A DNA stretch of 64,000 bases from Balanoglossus misakiensis (Eukaryota; Animalia; Hemichordata), in NCBI GenBank assembly GCA_040954595.2, contig CM082576.2, forward strand, positions 13,891,129-13,955,128, written 5' to 3'. Shown here piece by piece: positions 29,501 to 38,095 of the stretch. Below the pieces are notes generated by a model. It was not told the origin of the DNA, did no database searches, and saw nothing but the letters and a program-made list of their open reading frames with translations. Both the position numbers and the translations under genes were made by a program. The first letter of the stretch is position 1, and each line of letters starts with the position of its first letter.

Positions 29501-32500
29501 GATGAAGGTGAGGTTCAGTGAATGTTTCTGTGCATGTGACACAGTTCCTGGAATAAAAAAAGCAAAGACTTGGAACATTTGACTGTAGGCAAGACAGCTT
29601 CTAGACTGAAAGATTTAATCCTGTGTGGGCGCTCCAGCAATGCCTAGGGTCATAGGCACACAGGAGCACATGCACATGACGGAATCTTTCAGTCAGTCTA
29701 GACAGCTTCAAACTATATCACTTCTCACTTTTTTTTACAGAAAGCTAGATTATTACAATCAATTTTTTTTACAGAAAGCTAGATTATTACAATCAAAGTT
29801 ATGTGTGCACTTCTTCCAAGCTGTTACCGACTCTGTATATAAAATAAAAATATGAACCCAGTAGTTACATGTATTGAAATATTTTTATAAAGTATGTCTT
29901 GCATCAAATCTCTACCAGCCACATTCGTCTGTTATTGACCCATCCATTTGCTTTCTATATATGTCTTGTCTTTCCGAACTAACCTTATTTTATGCTCCAT
30001 CATTTTCCGCATAGGCCTTCCAACGTGAAATTGACCTCAACCGAAGTCGACTGGACAACGTCAACATGTTGGCCCACTCTCTGATGCAGAAGTGTGACCC
30101 GGCTGATGCAGTCATCATCCAAGAGGAGTTGGACGAACTTCACAAATACTGCGATGAAGTCTACAACAGGGTGTCACGCTACCAGAAGAAACTGCAGAGG
30201 TTTTCACTCAACCAGGTAAGATATGGACGGACGCATTGTGCAGTTGCTCGTGGCAACAGCTGTTGGTACAATCTAGATGGGTTCAGTGTTACATCATTGC
30301 CAGCTATGAAAGTTATTTTTAGCATATTCAGAATTAAATTCAAGCGTCGAAAATTCATTGCCAAAATTTCAGTGAGAGGTATTTCTCCTAGAATTCTGTC
30401 ATAGTCTGTTGACTTCACAGAGCTATGAGAACAAACAACACTGACTTTCAGACATTGTATACTTCAATCAGATCATCTTCTCTACATCCTGCGTTCACTA
30501 CACGAATTCATGTCCACTGTCGCACACAGAATCAACATAACTTCTAACTTCCCTCACGTTTGTCCCCTCTGATCCCTCGCTTAGCTCACTGAAGATAGAA
30601 CTCACAGATGAAGTTTGTAGAGAGTTAGAAACCATGTGTGTGTGTGCCATTGACACACTAATGCACGTTGAGGGCTTGCAAGTATTAAAGATAGACCAAC
30701 ATCAAAGCCTAGCAGACAGAGCAGAGAATTCAGCTAGAAGTGCAGTTAGAAAAATCCTAGAATAGGAAAGAGGCTTCTGTTGTCTGAGAATGGAAGAGTC
30801 ATCGTAGATAGAAGATAGAAGTCATATTTAGATGAGGCAGTAGAACATTGTCATCAACACACCTAGAGTATATACAGCTTAGCGACCCATCACCATAGAA
30901 AGACAGGATCTGTCTGGAGAAGATACTGTTATTGACTTGAAGTGTCTAATGTATTAGCTGCGAGCGGTCTCAATAAAGGCTCATGTACTGACTGATAGGG
31001 TAGGTAGGAGTGTTAGTGATCAGACAAGGAGGTACTTGTGAAAACAGCCGAGATCTTTGAGATACAGTCGAACCTGTCTATAGTGGCTAGTCAAGGGACT
31101 TTCCTAAACTGGCCTTTATAGGCAGGTGGCCTTTATATAGAGGTTAATTAATGCACATGTGAATTGCACAGGGACTGTAACAAAGTGGCCACTATATAGA
31201 GGTGACCACTATATAGGGTGGGTGGCCACAGAGGTTTGACACAGGTTAAAATATTCGATAGAACAAGTGAATGCAAAGCATGTATTTATATTTCTGTGAC
31301 TGTGATGACCTTAGCATCTAAAAGGCATATGCTTCTCTCTCAATTTATCTCTGCCAACTGCTACTCCTAGGAAGTACAACGTCAGATAATTGCACAGAGC
31401 TATCTGACGGTTCCTATCAGCCCGGTGAGTACTCTGTCACGCTGCTGCTGCTGCAACCCTGCTGTCTACATGTATCTGTCTTTCATCTGTCTATAGGCTG
31501 TGATTCACTCTTTGTCGTTTACTGCTTTGTGTTATTATGTGATGTCAGTAATCTGTAAACTGTTTTTTTCTTGTGAACAAGTCCGACTTACATGCATGGC
31601 GTTTCTTTCACTGTGTCACAGCATTGCATGATTCCTGATGCTGTCTGGATGTTAATAGCAATACTGGAATTCATTTCTGAATCCATGTCTGTCTCCAGCT
31701 ACTTAAAAAAAACTTAACAACAGAGAAATGACAGTGGAAATAAGGTGTCTTGATGACAGTTTACAGGCAGTATTGTACAAATGGCATCTCACGCATTGCA
31801 CTTTACTGCACTGTTGAAATATATTTCTGTATTAAACTAACCTTTATAAGTGTAGTTTCCAAAATATATAAAGACAACTAATAAACTGACATAATAAATT
31901 TTCTGCCAGATGGATCAAAAGTGAGTTAGAGCAAGCAATTTGCTGTCACCATACCATGCCATTAGGGTAAAAATGCAAAAAGCGTATAGTGATTCTGATA
32001 TTGTCTGCACACGTTGCATCTACAGTTAGCCACTGCACTACTTTGTGTACAGATTGGGCTGCAGAGTATAGTACATGTATTTCTCCAAGTTGTATCAGAG
32101 TCGTTAAAAGCAGTGTTATCAATGTGAAGAAGACTCAGACTGTGATCCATTCACAAAAATATCAGTGTTTTGAATGACATTGAATGAAAAACGTTTAGTA
32201 ACTGTTATATACTTTTAAAGTAGCCATAAAGGTGATCAAAGATTTAAAGTAAATGTATTGTCAGTGTTACTTACTGATTACTATTTTTCTTACAGACCGA
32301 TAGTTTCAGATCTTCATTCGAAGAAGCGTCGAGAGAAAGCAGCCCGGCAAGGTCCAGCAAATCCAGCAGTCCGACCAGATCCAGCCTCTACAGCCGACCG
32401 AGTCTCAGCCCGGGACGCCGGACCCCCTCGGGTAGAAGGACGCCCTCAACGTGCGGTAGTGCCCGGTCGGGGTCCCCGTTCATGAACTTGTCCGGGCGGG

Positions 32501-35500
32501 ACACTCCGGCGAGTCTGGAGTCTCTGGACTGGGATACTTACTTGATGGACGATGCTTCCATTGCATCGGACCCGGAGGCCAGGTGGCAGGCCATGATGGA
32601 ACTCCGGTCGACAGGACTTTCGACGGAGAGCATCCGGAGAGCGCTTATGGAAAGCGAAGAAAAGCTGGATGCAATAGAGACTGCGCTGGATAACCCGATT
32701 CCGAATGGCCCGGAAATTGAGGAAGAGAAGGAAGATTATGTAAGTTCATCATTTATATATAATCAAAAGAAAAAAATTCTCCTTGAAAATTGTGAGATTT
32801 TTTCGAATGATCCAAATGCAAGCAAAATATGTCAGTTTATTATTTGTTTTTAAATGTATCATACATTGACTGAGGACTTTCTGTTTAAATATTGTCTCCA
32901 GACATAAACATTAAACAATTTTACGTTTCATTGCACTGTAGGAATCTCTCCTTGCTGATACCAAAGCCTGTATTGCAATTGTGAAGAGTCTCGGCCAACG
33001 AATGCAGGGCGATCAGGCAGTCATGCAACAAATTACAAGTAAGTTTTTCTTATCCAATGTATGATAGATGTCTCAGTGATAGATAAATTGTACACAAAAA
33101 TGTCCTGTGACTTGTACTGTGTATGATGTATGATGTGCATACATAGCGTAAGAAATTACTTTTAAATCCAGTACATATTGATTCAGTAATTTGTTTGGCA
33201 TTTGAAAATACTTGTTATTCAAATCCTATTGTTTCGCAAAATTCCTTATTAAATATCATCAAATTTGGTAACCCTATCCTGACTATGAAATCCTTTCATC
33301 AAATGAATTTTCTAACTTAAAGAATTCCCCCCCCCCAAATTTCATTAGGTTTGTGGTACATTCCCACTGTTTATGCTCAATGCAGATTCCAGGGAATTGA
33401 TAAAAGGGATGCCCCAAAATTTCTGATTAAAACTGTGTTAGCAATAAACAAAGTGCACAGTAGTCATATTTCAAGTAGCATGGTCTCTTTTACTCATATA
33501 TGAAGTGTATACAATGTAATTAACAGAGATACTAATTGGCAAGTTGTGTAGTGTATCAAACCTTACAATCCTATACAGGGTCATATGAGCGAACTTAGGT
33601 TAAGGTCCCACCCTATTCAAAATACAAGATAATTCAGTGGTAATAACTCTTTGTACTCGTGTCACTCCCAGCAATTGTCGATCGATGGGAAGTGATGCAA
33701 CCGGACGTCGTCGACAAATACAGGAGAATGAGGAAGACCCACCAGGAATGGCACCAATTCAAGAACGATCTCAATAACATCTCCAGCTGGCTGGACGAGG
33801 CCGAGACCGTCCTGAGCACACACACTGGTTACGGCCGCAGTATTTACGACCTGGAATCCACCCTCAGGCACTACAGGGTAAGAAAACTGCCTGGGCTTGT
33901 CTTGTAGAATGAAATGCACCCTCGTTTGTAGTCATTGGGGGGTATCAAGTACGAAAATTGGGATTGTAAACTTTGGTTCTGTAGTCAAATTTACTGGAAT
34001 GTAATTTTTATGGAAGCGCCGTGGAAATATCATGTACTCGCTATCAGGGGATTGCAAGTACAAGATGTTCTGCCATAGAGCAAGGCACTTTTCAATACTT
34101 CTCCCCAACCCAGGAGTACCCTAGGAGTTGTGGGTACCTCATCATGTAAATACCCTTTGTGCCCATAGGATGATGGGTTAAAGTCAAAACAAAAAAATAA
34201 TGAAATAAAAATATATTCAAAGGGATGTGTATTATGTTAAACAAAATCAGTATTTGATATGGCCAGACAATATTAGAGATTCTGACACAAAAAATGTTTT
34301 TTTTAGCTTTATTTATTAGTTACAGTAATTGTTACATACTCTCTTTGCCTGTTTTGTTGCATCCAGGAGTTCTTGTTGGGACTAGACTCCAGAAAAGCCA
34401 TTGTGATGTCCATCAATCTGGTCAGCAAGAAATTCACCAGTCCGGAAAATCCCCACGGACCCGAACTGCACCAGAAGTTGAGTGTAATGAACCATCGGTG
34501 GGAGGCCGTGTCAGCCAGGGCCAAAGAATGGCAGAAAGATTTGCAAGTGCAGCTGATGGCGTGCGACGAGTTTCATCACACGACCGACGATCTCCTGGAG
34601 TGGTTGGAGTCGACGGAAAACGAAATGAACGAGATGGAACCGCTCAGGATGGAGTTCGACCAAGAGATATTGAAAGATTACTACAGAACGTACTTGGTAA
34701 GCACTCACATCACATGACGCGACACGATAATGTAAATTTTACTGAATCGTTTCACAATATCTAATCCACTATTAAGTACAACATAAACATCATAATATTG
34801 AAAGATTATTATAGAACATACTTGGTAAGCAGTTGCATTATGTATTAATAAACACAGTAATTTTGCTGAAATATTACAACAGACCTTATCCACTGGTACA
34901 CCGATACGAGTCAGAAAAAGATCTTGGGGAACGTGAGAGTATTACCCAAATCAGCCGCCATAATTTGAGGTTTTTAGATAATGAATTTATAATTACACAA
35001 CACAACACAACATAAGGACAAGGATGAAAAAAAATCATGTTGAACATATTGTTTATATTTGTGTCTACAGCGAATACTACGTGAGCTGGAGGAGTCGCAC
35101 CCACGAGTGATGTCTTTGAAAGACACGGCCGATCAGCTGCTCATCAACGCAGAATCCAGGAAGTGGGAGCTCACCAAGGGAAAGCTCAGCGTCATCGTCA
35201 ACAAGGTCAACACTTTGTTGAAGCGCTGCCATGACAACATTGACCTGCTGGAGAAAGTCGTGGACACTTCTGAGTTTCATGATATGGTGAGTATATCGCC
35301 CAAAGGAGGGATTGGTTTGATGAAGGTTTAAACAAAATGCCTTCCCCCAAGTTGTTAAATGAGACTACCACAGGTGGGGGGGGGGGGAGCCTGAGGGGTC
35401 AAACTGAATGAAGTTGAATTTACATTCTGTAACTGTGGTGATAACATAACCTAGCCCTCTGCATGGGTGCTGAGTCATGTATACACATTAGATGGTAATT

Positions 35501-36615
35501 CAGTGTATTAGAGAAATAAACATACATCTACCGAAATGTGCTGGTTATAGATATTCGAAAGTCTGGTATTAGTATTTCTCAACGAGAATATTCCTGGTGT
35601 TTTACATGGTCGAGGGAGCAACACAAGAAATTCAGATATTAAATACACTTGTCGAATAAACGGCAGCCGGTTTGTTGTGATATCCCGAACTATAGCGTGG
35701 TATGGTCTATTTCTCATTCTTATAAATCACTCTGAAGTGATTATTAATGTCAACCATTTTATTGTTTGAAGGATGATATGGATGGAATGCCCCTAGACAC
35801 AGTGGATGGTGATATGGGCGATTTAGGAGCCAGCTCAATACTTCCCATGCGTTCCAGTACTCCCATCCTGTCAGCCGGTCTACCACGACATTACACAGAT
35901 ATGTCTACAAACACGGCCAGAGGGCATGCTGCTGCTGACGGGTAAGTGCGATTTGGGTCAAAATGGCGGCTTCTGATGAACACACAGCATTCACAGTATA
36001 GGACTTGAGCCATGATTGCCCAGGGGGAGAGAAATTAATAGCGCCCTCTCCAGACAGAACTGGTACTTTAACCCTCTCAACACCATGGTTCAGTCCAAAC
36101 CCTTTGTTTTCTATGGGAAAGTTGGACCTCTAAAGAGGGAACTTGGGATCAAAAAGTTAAATTTTGTACAGAGACTGTGCTGTTTATTCGCTGTCTTATT
36201 TACGTAATTTTGAAAAGCGAGGCATTAAAATAGTGAAAGTAAGGAGTGTTTCTGCCAAACTGTGATTGCTTCTATCTGGAAGCTTCTAAGAAAACTATGA
36301 GACTGGGGGAATACAGTTGCCACTTACATGTTTATATTCCCACTTCAATGTACAAAGTTTGATGACTGTCATGTTTTTTTTTCTCTCCCCAGAGCTGTGC
36401 AAGCACACCAAGGAGGCAACCTGCAGCGACGATCGGCGTTCCTCGTACGTGTCTTCCGCGCAGCATTGCCACTGCAGATGCTGATGTTGATTCTGCTGGG
36501 AGTCGCTTGCCTAGTTCCCATGACTGAAGACGACTTCAGCTGCGGATTAGCAAATAACTTCGCCAACTCATTCCAGACTATGCTGAGATACACAAATGGA
36601 CCTCCACCGATTTAG
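2440..36615 (+). CDS. SYNE1: Nesprin (SYNE1/SYNE2 pro-ortholog), 3' portion, spliced; 5' part lies upstream of the window
   Basis: 33 GT-AG exons join in frame. Spectrin-repeat W..WL pattern throughout. The segment ELQKDIERHSTGVASVLNLCEVLLHDSDAC...RWRNICSLSMERKLNIEETWRLWQKF closely matches vertebrate nesprin-1 as I recall it. SGRDTPAS/LDWD motif; KASH terminus RYTNGPPPI*. Confidence 0.96.
3091..3122. repeat. (CA)n microsatellite
   Basis: Direct reading. Confidence 0.85.
3155..3313 (+). CDS. SYNE1: nesprin exon VKDKQERL...LAEHE
   Basis: gcag/ ... /gtaagt, 159 nt. Confidence 0.92.
4947..5159 (+). CDS. SYNE1: nesprin exon ALCSEIK...YKSYQ
   Basis: ccag/ ... /gtaaag, 213 nt. Confidence 0.92.
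6584..6700 (+). CDS. SYNE1: nesprin exon DDIHRFQTWL...WVFNQ
   Basis: tcag/ ... /gtaagg, 117 nt. Confidence 0.9.
6811..7158. mobile_element. TTAA-flanked foldback MITE (Kolobok-like)
   Basis: TTAA-AGGGACAAAGTCTCTC ... GAGAGACTTTGTCCCT-TTAA; the interior is also an imperfect inverted repeat. Confidence 0.8.
7999..8090. mobile_element. about 90-bp TTAACCC-ended MITE (piggyBac-like ends), family C
   Basis: Shared with copies at 21110 and 36068. Confidence 0.7.
8794..9111 (+). CDS. SYNE1: nesprin exon KLEDDIRK...LDKYK
   Basis: gtag/ ... /gtgagt, 318 nt. Confidence 0.92.
9249..9381. repeat. degenerate TGGN tetranucleotide repeat
   Basis: tgga/tggt/tggc arrays. Confidence 0.75.
9570..9872 (+). 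CDS. SYNE1: nesprin exon DFFSDME...HRFQ
   Basis: tcag/ ... /gtagga, 303 nt. Confidence 0.92.
10478..10801 (+). CDS. SYNE1: nesprin exon AMKTLL...LEKFM
   Basis: gtag/ ... /gtgagt, 324 nt. Confidence 0.92.
10973..11182. mobile_element. MITE family A copy
   Basis: tactgtagaacgggttattttcgcga ... tcgcgaaaataacccgttttactgta. Confidence 0.8.
11225..11551 (+). CDS. SYNE1: nesprin exon EFRKDV...LRKYK
   Basis: acag/ ... /gtaatt, 327 nt. Confidence 0.92.
11944..12276 (+). CDS. SYNE1: nesprin exon GYKLDLQ...LKDCQ
   Basis: tcag/ ... /gtaaaa, 333 nt. Confidence 0.92.
13335..13643 (+). CDS. SYNE1: nesprin exon VVEELVE...YKVK
   Basis: acag/ ... /gtaagc, 309 nt. Confidence 0.92.
14235..14294 (+). CDS. 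SYNE1: candidate nesprin cassette exon TESDDSSDQDVTADLVPILH
   Basis: long pyrimidine tract + acag/ ... /gtatgt, 60 nt, phase 0-0, no stop. Confidence 0.6.
16217..16350 (+). CDS. SYNE1: nesprin exon GLQTEFK...DISNR
   Basis: tcag/ ... /gtatgg, phase 0-2. Confidence 0.9.
17003..17204 (+). CDS. SYNE1: nesprin exon WKTVDE...EVAK
   Basis: acag/ ... /gtatgt, phase 2-0. Confidence 0.92.
17803..17931 (+). CDS. SYNE1: nesprin exon VLQTDL...SLQQ
   Basis: gcag/ ... /gtaagc, 129 nt. Confidence 0.88.
18467..18664 (+). CDS. SYNE1: nesprin exon KLDNMR...EELK
   Basis: gcag/ ... /gtagga, 198 nt. Confidence 0.9.
20077..20094 (+). CDS. SYNE1: candidate alternative first coding exon MEITKT of a short nesprin isoform
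   Basis: aatcATGG start context, in-frame TGA upstream at 20047, strong donor ACG/gtgagt, phase 0 matches the exon at 20506. Confidence 0.35.
20506..20808 (+). CDS. SYNE1: nesprin exon SVMLQF...KMYD
   Basis: acag/ ... /gtgagt, 303 nt. Confidence 0.92.
21110..21200. mobile_element. family C copy, reverse orientation
   Basis: ttaaccctttcacccccagttccctctatacaggtcca...cggttaa. Confidence 0.7.
21343..21669 (+). CDS. SYNE1: nesprin exon LFEADIF...EQAK
   Basis: acag/ ... /gtgaga, 327 nt. Confidence 0.92.
22134..22454 (+). CDS. SYNE1: nesprin exon VTQKAV...QKCK
   Basis: gcag/ ... /gtaaat, 321 nt. Confidence 0.92.
22697..22776. mobile_element. family B-related MITE fragment
   Basis: gtgtcctgattagagaggtgtcc...acaggtttcactgta. 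Confidence 0.65.
22877..23191 (+). CDS. SYNE1: nesprin exon EYENAF...KLQN
   Basis: tcag/ ... /gtaagt, 315 nt. Confidence 0.92.
24811..24977 (+). CDS. SYNE1: nesprin exon EYKEEV...LIAAR
   Basis: tcag/ ... /gtgagt, phase 0-2. Confidence 0.92.
26806..26968 (+). CDS. SYNE1: nesprin exon TKKLQETL...FQQQ
   Basis: acag/ ... /gtaagt, phase 2-0; strongly nesprin-1-like. Confidence 0.93.
27761..27948 (+). CDS. SYNE1: nesprin exon ELQKDIERHSTGVASVLNLCEVLLHD...MERKL
   Basis: tcag/ ... /gtaagt, phase 0-2; highly conserved nesprin segment. Confidence 0.95.
28304..28454 (+). CDS. SYNE1: nesprin exon IEETWRLWQKF...RRFE
   Basis: acag/ ... /gttggt, phase 2-0. Confidence 0.93.
29187..29507 (+). CDS. SYNE1: nesprin exon QFQRKVHENLTQLE...SQMK
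   Basis: ccag/ ... /gtgagg, 321 nt. Confidence 0.94.
29729..29796 (+). repeat. 34-bp tandem duplication
   Basis: ttttttttacagaaagctagattattacaatcaa x2. Confidence 0.9.
30015..30215 (+). CDS. SYNE1: nesprin exon AFQREID...FSLNQ
   Basis: atag/ ... /gtaaga, 201 nt. Confidence 0.93.
31063..31245. mobile_element. TA/CAGT-ended MITE (Tc1/mariner-pogo type), family B
   Basis: Reverse-complement match to 49918-50099. Confidence 0.75.
31371..31424 (+). CDS. SYNE1: candidate nesprin cassette exon EVQRQIIAQSYLTVPISP
   Basis: ctag/ ... /gtgagt, 54 nt, phase 0-0. Confidence 0.7.
32296..32739 (+). CDS. SYNE1: nesprin adaptive-domain exon (Ser/Arg-rich, SGRDTPAS, LDWD)
   Basis: acag/ ... /gtaagt, 444 nt. 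Confidence 0.92.
32942..33038 (+). CDS. SYNE1: nesprin exon ESLLADTK...QQIT
   Basis: gtag/ ... /gtaagt, phase 0-1; needed to join the phase-1 exon at 33672. Confidence 0.85.
33672..33877 (+). CDS. SYNE1: nesprin exon IVDRWE...RHYR
   Basis: ccag/ ... /gtaaga, phase 1-0. Confidence 0.92.
34367..34696 (+). CDS. SYNE1: nesprin exon EFLLGLD...RTYL
   Basis: ccag/ ... /gtaagc, 330 nt. Confidence 0.93.
35071..35286 (+). CDS. SYNE1: nesprin exon RILRELE...FHDM
   Basis: acag/ ... /gtgagt, 216 nt. Confidence 0.92.
35772..35941 (+). CDS. SYNE1: nesprin linker exon DDMDGMP...AAAD
   Basis: gaag/ ... /gtaagt, phase 0-2; needed for the phase of the KASH exon. Confidence 0.85.
36068..36160. mobile_element. 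family C copy
   Basis: ttaaccctctcaacaccatggttcagtccaaac...aagttggacct...aagttaa. Confidence 0.65.
36393..36615 (+). CDS. SYNE1: nesprin terminal exon: transmembrane helix + KASH domain
   Basis: FLVRVFRAALPLQMLMLILLGVACLVPMTEDDFSCGLANNFANSFQTMLRYTNGPPPI*. Confidence 0.97.
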
Positions 36616-38089
36616 AAACAAAAAAAATTGACTTTTTTTAAAAAGAAGATAAGAGACTACTTTAAGAAAAGATCCATATCAAGAGACTTCAATCCTGGGT
36701 TTATATAAAGATATGTGTTTGTACTACAGGAAGTTTGACCTCAGATGACCTCAGTTGCCGTAGCAGTTTAGTTGCCTTGGCGTCAGTGGCAAAAAAATTG
36801 TGTAAAACGGCTGTGTATATTGTGAATGACTTGTAAATTTGAGTTGTTTTTAGTTTTTTTGACATGTACAGTGTTAGTCTTGTTTTGTGTTATCCACAGC
36901 TAACCTCAACACGTTGACTTCCAAAGAAAATTAGCATAGTCACCAATAGTCAATTTTGAAATGTGTGAACCACTGCAGTGGACTAGTTCAAAATATGGAG
37001 TTGAATCCAACAAACCTAAGATTGATTTTTTTTTAATATCAGGAAGAATACAAGCAATCAAAGTTTTTAATATTTTGACTCCTCAAAAAAAGTTTTAAAA
37101 TATGAGAAGGGACATGGATTTTATATAATCTCTGAATTTGTGCTGTTTTTAGTGGCTAGTGTAGTTTAGTGTATTTACAACATAATTTTGTTTTTGTTGA
37201 ACTGAAAATGAAATCTTAAATTAAATTAAATGATTTTTTTTCCTGGTCAAACCAGAGGGACTGTTTTGTATAAAATGAAGCTGTAAATTGTGATGTCGTA
37301 GATGCAAATGAAATTAAATTTCCATGAAATAAATCAAGAAATTAACAAAAAAAGATTTGCGAATGATGCCAGCCATATTTTATCTGCATATAGTGTATAT
37401 GAAAGAGGCACCGTATATATCTACGAATCAGCAAGTTTGCTTACATCATGTAAAATATTGGAATGGATGTTTTGTAAATTAATTCTGGTTGAGGCATATA
37501 TGTGTATATGGTAGAGTTTGAACATCTTTTGATAAGTCTTGAATCCCCTGCAGCCGGGGATGAGTTTTGTTTTTGCCATTCTCCCCCTCAAGGCTTCCAA
37601 AAGATGTTGTTGCTCAGAGATAAAGTATATATCAGAACGCACTCATGTATAGCACTTATTTTTGTACAGAAAAACAGAGGATGTAAAGAGCAAACAGTTT
37701 GTAAAGTTAACTCAGCAAGGAGCCCCCTCCAAAATTTAAACCGTAGTGAGAAATCTCAGAATACACACTTGTGGGGCGAAAAAAGTACAACTGTCGTTGC
37801 TTATTTTGTATTAACCAAGCAATTGTTTTTTTTTATTTTATTTAAAGTGTTCAATTGAAACAAATCTTTTTATGTATGATTTTTATTTATGATAATCTGT
37901 ATCAGAAATGAAATATGACTTGATCTTTTGTTGATGAAATCCTATGTAGGTTCAGACTCTTTGTATTTTTTTGTTGGATTTTGTGTTATATTATTTTGCA
38001 TTGATGTGTATCTATGATGTACATAATGTGTTTGACGACACTTTTTGTACATTGCCTTCCATGCTTCAGTTTCTGCTTACCCATTGATG

Positions 38090-38095
38090 AATAAA
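38090..38095 (+). terminator. candidate poly(A) signal ending the nesprin 3'UTR
   Basis: AATAAA after about 1.5 kb of U-rich, UTR-like sequence; another AATAAA at 37328. Confidence 0.4.

Noticed and set aside
9593-36593. Many minus-strand ORFs overlapping nesprin exons
   Set aside because: Antisense shadows of GC3-rich coding exons with no splice or homology support.
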